Assembly (NCBI GenBank): GCA_003647275.1
Contig: QMMN01000002.1
Coordinates: forward strand, 21,726 to 85,725
Length of the DNA stretch: 64,000 nucleotides
DNA from: Deltaproteobacteria bacterium
Lineage (GTDB): Bacteria > Desulfobacterota > Desulfobacteria > Desulfobacterales > C00003060
Direction: 5' to 3'
In this document: positions 16,133-24,111 of the stretch, one piece after another
Layout of the letters: every line of letters begins with the position of its first letter
How positions within the stretch are numbered: position 1 is the stretch's first letter
Translations under genes and position numbers: made by a program
The notes under the pieces: model-generated
Told to the model about the DNA's origin: nothing
Databases searched by the model: none
What the model saw: the letters and a program-made list of their open reading frames with translations, nothing else

Positions 16133-19108
16133 ATGACTCATAAAATTAGGTTAGCATATGTACACAGTTATTTGCCGTTAGGTGGGGTTGAGAATCACAT
16201 TCTTCAACTGTGCAGGCACCTGGACAGGAATCAGTTTGAAATCGAGGTCTGTCTCTTCCGAGGAGGCGGGCCTATGCTGCCCCTGTTTGAAGAAATCGAT
16301 ATACCAGTGGAAATCATTCCTGTGCTTGACCAAAAAGGGGCCATTAGCGAGAGAAAATTCCAAGACTTCGTGAAAAAACTGAGAGAATTTGACGTGTTCC
16401 ACAGTTGGTATGGAGGCGGGCAACTACACGTCGGGTTTCAGGCAGCTTATATGGCCAAAGTCCCTGTTCAGGTGCAGAGCATTGCCTGGCCGGTCCCAGC
16501 CTTTGGCCAACATTTTGATGCCGTGATCCTGGAAACCGACTTCGTGTTGAGAATTCAGCAAAAAGCCGGCGTAAAGTCTCGTATGGTGCGCATCAATCCG
16601 GGAATCGACCTCTCACGTTTCGATCCCAAAACTATCCGCCCTGCGGTCCAGTTCGATGGTCAGGTTGTCGGGCGGGTAAGTCGCCTTGTGCCAGAGAAAG
16701 ATCCCGAATCCTTTGTGCGGTCTGCAGCCCTGGTTCAGAAGCGCCACCCAGAGGTGAATTTCCTCATTGTGGGGGATGGTCCTCTTCGCCATGAGCTTGA
16801 GGTGTTGGCTGGTCAGCTTGATGCTAATGTTCAATTTTATGGAGAAACCACGAACGTGCCTGGCGTTTTAGCTGCCATGGATGTCTTTGCTTATTCCACC
16901 CTAGGCGACTCGTTCGGCTTCGTCAATGCCGAGGCCATGGCCATGGCAAAGCCTGTCATCAGCACTCGAGTTGCCGCCATCCCCGAAGTGGTAGAAGATG
17001 GTCGAAGTGGAATTCTGGTTCCTCCGAAAGATGTGGACATGCTATCCGATGCGATCTGCTACTTAATTGAGCATCCCGAGGAGGCCAAGCGGTTGGGACA
17101 AAGAGGACGCCAGATCATCGAGCAGCGATATAACCTCAAGCGATATATAAGTCAACATGCACGGCTGTATGAGGAACTGTACTTCCAAAAACAAAATTCC
17201 AAGCATGGGCACCTTATCACTCCGAGGATTCAGCAGTCATCTCAAAATAATCATTCAGTTGAGACTATAGGGAGCCTAAGCACTGCAACGACTTCCTCGC
17301 GCAGAAAACGGATTCTCATTATCCAGGAAAATGGCCGCCACGAGCGCAACCGCCAGTTTCGGGAATGCTTTGCTCTGCAGAGAGCATTTGGTCACCTGGG
17401 CGTGTCCGCAGACGTGTGGGGTTTGGGGCACGACAATTTCCGTCAACCGTTTGATGACATCGTTGGTCAGTATGACGCCGTGCTTTCACTGGAAAATTAC
17501 GACACAGGCTGGCACCCAGACCTTGCAACGCTGAAGATACCTAAAGCCTTCTGGTGCATCGACGCGCACATGGGCGTTGAACGGTATCTGGATTTTGTGC
17601 GCCGCCACCGGTTTGACTTGGTTTTCAATGCCACAGAACACTTTGTTGACCGCTTTACCGGACTTGCTGAAACCAGTCTTTGGTTGCCGAACGCATATGA
17701 TAGTTTTTTGGTGGACAAGATTTTTAATGTTCAGAAAACAGTGTCCCTTGGCTTCTGTGGCAACGTTGTCAACCGTGGGGAGTGGATCGAATATCTCAAT
17801 GAGCGTTGGAACCTTAGGCACGACGAGATGGTCATTGGCCCCGACATGGTACGTGCGATTAACAGTTATCAGGTCCACTGGAATCGTAATTTCTCGATTG
17901 ACATCAACTACCGCACCTTCGAGACTCTGGGTTGCTGCACCTTCCTGCTTACGAACTACACGCCGGGCCTCGAAAAACTCTTCACGTTGGGTAAGCACCT
18001 CGTGGTTTATGAAACCCGGGACGATCTTGACGAGAAGATTTCTTACTACCTTACGCATCCTGAAGAGCGGGAACAGATCGCCAGACAGGGGTATGATCAT
18101 GTCCGGAAGAACCACAAATATATCCATCGCGCGGAGCAAATCCTCGATGCGCTAGGCTTCACCGTTTCTGACGCGGTACACTATAGTCAGAGAATTCAGA
18201 TTTATGAAATTACGCAGAGAATGATCTCTATCAAGGAATATCTGTTCGTGTCTGGCGCCACAAAATCGGGAACAACTTTATTGGCTAACGCCCTGAGTTT
18301 CTCGGAAAGAGTTTCATTCTTGAGAAATGCAGATGGAAAGATAGAAGAAGGCCAGTGGGTTCAGGACGTTTATGAGTGGGGAAAGGGAAATCAAGATCTC
18401 ACAGAAGAATATCACATGACAGAAGATCACCCCCTGGCAACCGCAGAAAACCGGATTCGGTTGTACAGGTGTTGGCTTCGCTACTGGGACATAAAAAAGC
18501 CTATTTTGGCTGAAAAAAGTCCTCATAACATCATTAAGACAAGATTCCTTCAGGCTCTGTTTCCGAATTCCAAGTTCATCATACTGGTGAGGAACGGTGT
18601 CGTCCAAGCGACCGGGGAAACGCTGCAGCAAAAAAGATCTCCCCTTGTTTGCTGCCAAGAGTGGGTGAATGCCTACCAGATGTTGATGCGCGATTTGCCC
18701 CACTTAAACGAGTACCTGATCGTGCGCTATGAAGATTTGACAAACAATGTCGAAGCAACGTTTGATAAGATCTGTAAGTTTATCGGGATCCCAAGGATTA
18801 ATGTCAAAGATAAGTATTTCTATGTCCATGCCTTTCGGGATGGAATTAAACGGCCAGATTTCAACAAAATCCAGGATATGAATAGGCCACATATCCAGAA
18901 TTTTCTTACTAGATTTGACCAGGAAACCCAGCAGGCAATGCTTCGCATTTGTGAGCCTGCAATGACAATGTTTGGCTATACCACAGATATAGCCAAGTAT
19001 CATGAATACATAAAAAACCATAACTATCGTCTCTTGGTCACGGATACTGGTAAACAAGAAACACAAAGAGAAAAACAAACAAAAACCTCTCTCGCCTGTA
19101 TCCAATGA
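16133..19108 (+). CDS. Tri-domain enzyme: GT4 + CgeB/DUF3880-like GT + C-terminal sulfotransferase
   Basis: 991 aa.
- GT4, about aa 1-350: RLAYVHSYLPLGGVENH, DSFGFVNAEAMAMAKPVISTRVAAIPEVVEDGRSGILV.
- CgeB-like GT, about aa 390-680: INYRTFETLGCCTFLLTNYTPGLEKLFTLGKHLVVYETRDDLDEKISYYLTHPEEREQIARQGYDHV.
- Sulfotransferase, about aa 700-960: 5'-PSB loop FVSGATKSGTTLLANAL, 3'-PB region ILAEKSPHNIIKTRFLQALFPNSKFIILVRNGVVQATGE, and IVRYEDLTNNVEATFDKICKFIGI. Confidence 0.8.
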   Translation: MTHKIRLAYVHSYLPLGGVENHILQLCRHLDRNQFEIEVCLFRGGGPMLPLFEEIDIPVEIIPVLDQKGAISERKFQDFVKKLREFDVFHSWYGGGQLHVGFQAAYMAKVPVQVQSIAWPVPAFGQHFDAVILETDFVLRIQQKAGVKSRMVRINPGIDLSRFDPKTIRPAVQFDGQVVGRVSRLVPEKDPESFVRSAALVQKRHPEVNFLIVGDGPLRHELEVLAGQLDANVQFYGETTNVPGVLAAMDVFAYSTLGDSFGFVNAEAMAMAKPVISTRVAAIPEVVEDGRSGILVPPKDVDMLSDAICYLIEHPEEAKRLGQRGRQIIEQRYNLKRYISQHARLYEELYFQKQNSKHGHLITPRIQQSSQNNHSVETIGSLSTATTSSRRKRILIIQENGRHERNRQFRECFALQRAFGHLGVSADVWGLGHDNFRQPFDDIVGQYDAVLSLENYDTGWHPDLATLKIPKAFWCIDAHMGVERYLDFVRRHRFDLVFNATEHFVDRFTGLAETSLWLPNAYDSFLVDKIFNVQKTVSLGFCGNVVNRGEWIEYLNERWNLRHDEMVIGPDMVRAINSYQVHWNRNFSIDINYRTFETLGCCTFLLTNYTPGLEKLFTLGKHLVVYETRDDLDEKISYYLTHPEEREQIARQGYDHVRKNHKYIHRAEQILDALGFTVSDAVHYSQRIQIYEITQRMISIKEYLFVSGATKSGTTLLANALSFSERVSFLRNADGKIEEGQWVQDVYEWGKGNQDLTEEYHMTEDHPLATAENRIRLYRCWLRYWDIKKPILAEKSPHNIIKTRFLQALFPNSKFIILVRNGVVQATGETLQQKRSPLVCCQEWVNAYQMLMRDLPHLNEYLIVRYEDLTNNVEATFDKICKFIGIPRINVKDKYFYVHAFRDGIKRPDFNKIQDMNRPHIQNFLTRFDQETQQAMLRICEPAMTMFGYTTDIAKYHEYIKNHNYRLLVTDTGKQETQREKQTKTSLACIQ

Positions 19109-19172
19109 CTTCCCAATGGGCATATAGTCGGGCACAAGTGACGAGGACCGCGCCACAACTTAGAGGTTAAGT

Positions 19173-22100
19173 ATGATCATCCGGATTGACGATTACCCGC
19201 ACGGCGATCTTATTATCTACAATCGCTTGCTTGCTGATCGCAGTTACGATCACCGCAGGCACGTGTACCACTTTCTGCGACCGTTCGAGGAGAGGGGGGT
19301 GTCCTACGTGCTAGGCGTATCGCCCGGCCTGATCAACCGCGAGTCCGATCTATTTTTTCTTCGCTCCTTGCACCACTGCGAGGTCGCCATGCATGGGTTC
19401 AGTCACGGCTGGCATGAATTTGCAGAAACATGGCACAGCATTACGGAGACATGGCCGTATGGCGGTGAATTTGCTCATGCGTCGCGCGAGGAGGTACGCG
19501 AAAAAATTCAACGTGGGTTAGAGATTCTTTCCGACTTCAAGATTCGAAAATTTATCGCTCCTTTCAACGCCTACACTCAAGAACTGCTCGACGTGCTCAA
19601 TGAGTTTGGCTTCGAGATGATCATGGGAGGTAGACAAACGCTTCAGTTTGGCATGGACCGCCTCGACCACGGTAATCTCCAGCTTGATGTCTGTGTGCCG
19701 CCGCTTTGCAATGACAGCCACAAGATCATCCCGCACTTGGATCAGGCTATTGTAGAGCAAAAGACGATTCTCCTTCATTGGATCTTCGAACAGGCCGCCA
19801 ATGTGTCCTATTGGGATCAAATTGCCGAAGCCGTCCAGCATGCGGAATCGCACCGTGTTGTATCTCCGAAGCATGCGGAGCCATATCTTGCCAGGTCTCC
19901 CGTTGAAGTGCGCAATGTCCATACGCCGATTAGGAGACCATCGTCTGCCCTTGCCACCGGCAAGGAGTTGCTGCACTCCCTGCCCATTGCCATTGTTACT
20001 GAAACAATGAACTACATCTCGGGCGGTGTGAGGTGCATTGCCGAGGTGCTCAACCGCCTTGCCGCCCGCGGCTATCAAACCGCGTGCTATGTCACCCTTT
20101 CTGACCTGCGTTGCGAGTGGCTAACCACAGACTTTCCTATTTTGCCAGTCTCTGAACTGCTTAACTTCCGAGGTATTCTCATCAGTCCATTTTCGCCCAC
20201 CGCCGAAATCGTGGCCCGTTCTAATGCCATCGGCAAATTTTATTGGGTTCACTCCTACGAACCTAAGTTTCCCGAGATCACGGGTCGACCAGACAGTTGG
20301 CGTGTGATGTCTGAGAACTCGTATCGTCTGCCCGAGTTACAATATTTCACCACCTCATCCTATGTGAGGATGATTCTAGAGTTAATCTATGGGCTTGAGG
20401 TGCTCTCTCCACTCGTTCCTGGAGGGGTGGACATAAGTTTATTCAGGCCTGGCCCTAAGGGAAACCGCCCACTCCGGGTGTTGTTCCTGAGCCGCGAAAA
20501 TCCATTTCGCGGCGCACACGACGTTGTGCACGCCCTTCGTATTGTTCGTGATCAGGGCGTAGACTTGGACGTGTACGTGATGGGTCAGGCAATAAATATG
20601 GAAGGTCTGCCCCATCGCCTTGTGCCACCGCTTCCCCAATCCGAGTTTGCCCAATTGCTTGGATCGGCAGATATCTTCATTCATGCCAGCCACTTCGAAG
20701 GGCTACCGCTTCCACCGTTGGAGGCTATGGCTGCCAAATGTGCGGTGATCGCCACCTACGTGGGAGCCAGTGATTATCTGCTCAACGGCTACAACGCCCT
20801 CGTTGTGCCACCCAAACGCCCGGACAAAATTGCCGAGGCGCTACTGTGTCTTGCGACTGATGCAGATTTAAGGGCTCGGTTTGGGGAAGGCGGCTACCGG
20901 ACCGTGACCAATAACTACACATGGGAGCACACTGTAGATCGGCTGGAAGAAGCTCTATCCGAGGGAATGGCCCGGATCGGCTATGGCTCAATGGCAACCA
21001 CGGCGTGGATGTCATCCCATGAGCCTAAACCAAGTACAAGTACCCATTTTCACGTATCAGAATTAGAAAAGTCGAGGGACCCCCATAAACCGGGGGAGGC
21101 TCCTTTTGGTGAAGGTGATGTGGAAGATGATTGGGAATACCTCGTTTCTGCCATCGTCTCCACCTATAATGCCGAACGTTTCATCCGTGGTTGTCTTGAG
21201 GACTTGGAGGCCCAGACCATTTCAGATAGGCTAGAGATAATTGTTGTCAACAGCGGTTCAGAGCAAAATGAAGAGATGATTGTCAAGGAATTTCAGGAGA
21301 AATACCCAAACATCAAATATATAAGGACGCCACAGCGCGAAACAGTCTATGCCGCCTGGAATCGTGGCATCAAGGCTTCGCGTGGCAAATATATTACCAA
21401 TGCCAATACCGACGATCGACATCGCCCGGATGCCTACGAACGGATGGTGGGGGTGTTGGAGGCCAGACCAGATATTGCATTAGTCTATGCAGACGTCATC
21501 ATTACTGAAAAAGAGAATGAAACATTTGAAAAATGCACGCCCATTGGCATTTGTGGTTGGATTGATTGGGACAGACGTCGCCTCTTGGAGGGGAGATGCT
21601 TCATGGGTCCGCAGCCCATGTGGCGACGCAGTTTGCATGATGAGTATGGCTATTTCGATGAGTCATTTGTTACTTCAGGCGATTACGAGTTCTGGCTGCG
21701 TGTTTCGCAGACCAACAATTTTTTCCACATTCCAACGCCCTTGGGACTATATTTGAAATCTTCGGACAGTATTGAGCACTTAAATCGTAAACAGCAACAG
21801 GAAGAGAATGAAAAGATCGTTGCAATGTATAAAAAAGCAGAAGCTTCCGGGGATATTATCAGGCGTTTTTACTCAGATAATGAGGAGGATTTGATAAGAG
21901 TTCATAATCGAAAAGGGGAAGAACTCTTTAAAACAGGAAACGTCAAAGTCGCCAAAGTCATTTTTGAACAAATCCTGTCCAAGAATCCGAAAATGGTCGA
22001 TCCCCTCAACAACCTGGGCGTCATTGCCTTTCAGCAAGGTGAAATAGATCGGGCCATTTCCTATTTTACCCGTGTGATTGAAATCGATGAGGACTGTTTT

Positions 22101-22379
22101 GAAGCGATCGAAAATCTTGGAAAATGCATGGAAATAAAAAGAGACTATCTAAAAGCAATAAAGTGGTTTAAACGAGCACTGGAAATCAAACCTGATGAAG
22201 TTAGCCTGTTAAACGCCTTGGGAAATTGTTTTGTTCAGATAGAAGATTTGATGAATGCAAAAGACGTTTATACCAAATCTTTTCACCTTGACAGCAGCCA
22301 GGATACCATCAGGACAATTCTTGAGGAGATGGAGAGAATTGGGAAAGAAAAAAAAGACCTCGCCAAAGAGTATGAATAG
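19173..22379 (+). CDS. Tetra-domain enzyme: polysaccharide-deacetylase-like (NodB/DUF2334-type) + GT4 + GT2 + TPR
   Basis: 1068 aa.
- N-terminal domain: MIIRIDDYPHGD ... VAMHGFSHGWHEF (the deacetylase assignment is tentative).
- GT4, about aa 270-590: IAIVTETMNYISGGVRCIAEVLNRLAARGY, HFEGLPLPPLEAMAAKCAVIATYVGASDYLLNGYNALVV.
- GT2, about aa 645-860: VSAIVSTYNAERFIRGCLEDLEAQT..LEIIVVNSGSEQNEE, ITNANTDDRH.
- TPR tail: NNLGVIAFQQGEIDRAISYFTRVIEID, ALGNCFVQIEDLMNAKDVY. Confidence 0.75.
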   Translation: MIIRIDDYPHGDLIIYNRLLADRSYDHRRHVYHFLRPFEERGVSYVLGVSPGLINRESDLFFLRSLHHCEVAMHGFSHGWHEFAETWHSITETWPYGGEFAHASREEVREKIQRGLEILSDFKIRKFIAPFNAYTQELLDVLNEFGFEMIMGGRQTLQFGMDRLDHGNLQLDVCVPPLCNDSHKIIPHLDQAIVEQKTILLHWIFEQAANVSYWDQIAEAVQHAESHRVVSPKHAEPYLARSPVEVRNVHTPIRRPSSALATGKELLHSLPIAIVTETMNYISGGVRCIAEVLNRLAARGYQTACYVTLSDLRCEWLTTDFPILPVSELLNFRGILISPFSPTAEIVARSNAIGKFYWVHSYEPKFPEITGRPDSWRVMSENSYRLPELQYFTTSSYVRMILELIYGLEVLSPLVPGGVDISLFRPGPKGNRPLRVLFLSRENPFRGAHDVVHALRIVRDQGVDLDVYVMGQAINMEGLPHRLVPPLPQSEFAQLLGSADIFIHASHFEGLPLPPLEAMAAKCAVIATYVGASDYLLNGYNALVVPPKRPDKIAEALLCLATDADLRARFGEGGYRTVTNNYTWEHTVDRLEEALSEGMARIGYGSMATTAWMSSHEPKPSTSTHFHVSELEKSRDPHKPGEAPFGEGDVEDDWEYLVSAIVSTYNAERFIRGCLEDLEAQTISDRLEIIVVNSGSEQNEEMIVKEFQEKYPNIKYIRTPQRETVYAAWNRGIKASRGKYITNANTDDRHRPDAYERMVGVLEARPDIALVYADVIITEKENETFEKCTPIGICGWIDWDRRRLLEGRCFMGPQPMWRRSLHDEYGYFDESFVTSGDYEFWLRVSQTNNFFHIPTPLGLYLKSSDSIEHLNRKQQQEENEKIVAMYKKAEASGDIIRRFYSDNEEDLIRVHNRKGEELFKTGNVKVAKVIFEQILSKNPKMVDPLNNLGVIAFQQGEIDRAISYFTRVIEIDEDCFEAIENLGKCMEIKRDYLKAIKWFKRALEIKPDEVSLLNALGNCFVQIEDLMNAKDVYTKSFHLDSSQDTIRTILEEMERIGKEKKDLAKEYE

Positions 22380-24000
22380 AAAACGCACGCCTACGATTTC
22401 ACTGTGCATGATCGTAAAAAATGAAGAACAGTTTCTTGGCCAGTGCTTGAATAGCGTGAAAGATTATGTGAACGAAATGATCGTTGTGGATACGGGTTCA
22501 ACAGACAAGACCATTGAGATCGCCAAAGGCTTTGGTGCAAAGGTTTACCATCACCCATGGGAGAATGATTTCAGCAAACATAAAAACCAGGCGATTGCCC
22601 ACGCGACCGGAGACTGGATTTTCATCATGGATGCTGATGAAGAGCTAAGGCAGGGTTCTGGTCCTATTTTAAAAAAGGCTGTAGCGAATACGCAAATAGA
22701 CGCTGTTATTGTCACACTTGTCAGCTATTTTAACAATAAAGCGAGCCAATCTTGGGAAAGCAAGATAAGGCTTTTCAAAAATCACCCCTCGATCCGTTAT
22801 GAAGGAATCGTCCATGAGCAGCTCGTGGGCTATAAGTCCGCCCGAATGTATCCTATTTATTTGCAACATTATGGATATGATTTAGACCCTGAACAACAGC
22901 AAAAGAAGTTTGAAAGGACGTCTTCGCTCTTAAAACGGCAGATAAAAGAAGACCCCGAAAATTATTGGCATCATCACAACCTCGCGGTTTGCTATTCCAG
23001 CAACTTTATGTTTTCAGAGGCCGTGGAGGAGGGAATGTGCGCCCTGGCCTTAGCTGAAGACCAGGGCCTACGAGGCCCGACCCTGTTATGGACACTCCAT
23101 ATTGTAGCGGCCTCATACCTGAAGCTGGGCAATCTATCCAAGGCAGAAGATTTAGCACTGAAAGCCCTTAAGCAGTCAAAGAATCACTTGGACCCCCATT
23201 TCATTCTGGTTCTCATCTACCACCAGCAGAAGCAATGGAAGAGCCTTGAGCGCCATGCCAAAGCATTTTTTCGGGTTGTGGAGCTGATGAAATCCTCGCC
23301 AGAAAGTTTTGCGGGCTCAATTATTAATATGGCCGGTGAGGGCTGGCGGGTGCGCTTAGCCATGGGCGATCTCCATTTGGAGAGAAATGAGTTAGAAAAA
23401 GCCAGGGCTGCCTTTGAAATAGCCCTGACCGAAACGCCCGTGCCATTTGAATGTCTCAAAATTATTGCAGATTGCTATAAGAACCATTGCTTATGGAAAG
23501 GTGCCGCTCATTTTTATCGACAGGCAATCAATGAAAAACAGGACTTTTTGGAGGCTGTTTTTGGTCTGGCCTTGTCCAAAAATCGTCTCGGTCAGAAGAA
23601 TGAGGCCATTAGATATTATGAAAAGGCCTTGGAATTAAAGCCCGATTCCATTGAGGCGCTGGTCAATCTGGGAGACCTTCACTATGAACAAGGCCTTGAA
23701 GACCTGGCTCAAGAATTTTATGAAAGAGCCATGGATGTTGAATCCAATCTCATCAACGTTTCCCTTCGGCTGGCCAATTTTTCCGTGAAAAAAGGCGAAA
23801 TTGAGAAATGCGTGAGCTATTGTGAAAATATTTTCATAAGCCTTGGTCTGTCGTGCAACCGCCCACTGGAAAGCGTATCGGATTTAGCCAATCTCTTTTT
23901 GATTATCGGCCACGAGTTGGACAAGGCTGGGAGGGATGACTTGTTCAGGGAGGCCATGGAGATCGCGATCAGAATCAAGCCGGACTTGCTCCAAGGTTAA
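22372..24000 (+). CDS. GT2 glycosyltransferase with C-terminal TPR domain (paralogue 2)
   Basis: MNRKRTPTISLCMIVKNEEQFLGQCLNSVKDYVNEMIVVDTGSTDKTIEIA, HHPWENDFSKHKNQ, DWIFIMDADE, then TPR repeats. ATG 22372 overlaps the upstream stop (tATGAATAG), which suggests translational coupling. The ORF-track start at 22255 lies inside the upstream gene. Confidence 0.85.
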   Translation: MNRKRTPTISLCMIVKNEEQFLGQCLNSVKDYVNEMIVVDTGSTDKTIEIAKGFGAKVYHHPWENDFSKHKNQAIAHATGDWIFIMDADEELRQGSGPILKKAVANTQIDAVIVTLVSYFNNKASQSWESKIRLFKNHPSIRYEGIVHEQLVGYKSARMYPIYLQHYGYDLDPEQQQKKFERTSSLLKRQIKEDPENYWHHHNLAVCYSSNFMFSEAVEEGMCALALAEDQGLRGPTLLWTLHIVAASYLKLGNLSKAEDLALKALKQSKNHLDPHFILVLIYHQQKQWKSLERHAKAFFRVVELMKSSPESFAGSIINMAGEGWRVRLAMGDLHLERNELEKARAAFEIALTETPVPFECLKIIADCYKNHCLWKGAAHFYRQAINEKQDFLEAVFGLALSKNRLGQKNEAIRYYEKALELKPDSIEALVNLGDLHYEQGLEDLAQEFYERAMDVESNLINVSLRLANFSVKKGEIEKCVSYCENIFISLGLSCNRPLESVSDLANLFLIIGHELDKAGRDDLFREAMEIAIRIKPDLLQG

Positions 24001-24111
24001 TTTTTTTTGCCATGATGAGTGCCCCAAAAAGTTCACGATGGTCATTCAACGGACTTTTTCAAAGCTCTCAGATATCGCAAGACCAAATGATGTGATTTTG
24101 GAGGCTACACT

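Noticed and set aside
17486-18139. Long antisense ORFs in the track: 17486-18139 (-, 217 aa), 24658-25317 (-, 219 aa), 39484-40038 (-, 184 aa), 19518-20078 (-, 186 aa) and 1540-2046 (-, 168 aa).
   Set aside because: Each lies entirely inside a longer opposite-strand ORF that has clear family motifs (GT, TPR-GT, HTH-PAS/CheW). Their translations are low-complexity or rich in Arg, Ser and Pro with no motifs. They are typical shadow ORFs.
22255-22371. ORF-track 5' extensions: 22255 for TPR-GT paralogue 2, 26444 for flagellin, 49854 for the second activator, 51971 for flgC, 14379 for paralogue 1 and 31810 for the FlgN/FliT-like gene.
   Set aside because: The extensions overlap the upstream gene or lack a ribosome-binding site. 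Internal ATGs give canonical N-termini (MGLRIQHN.., MDLLTALHIS.., MNRKRTPTISLCMIV..) with a good RBS or stop/start coupling.
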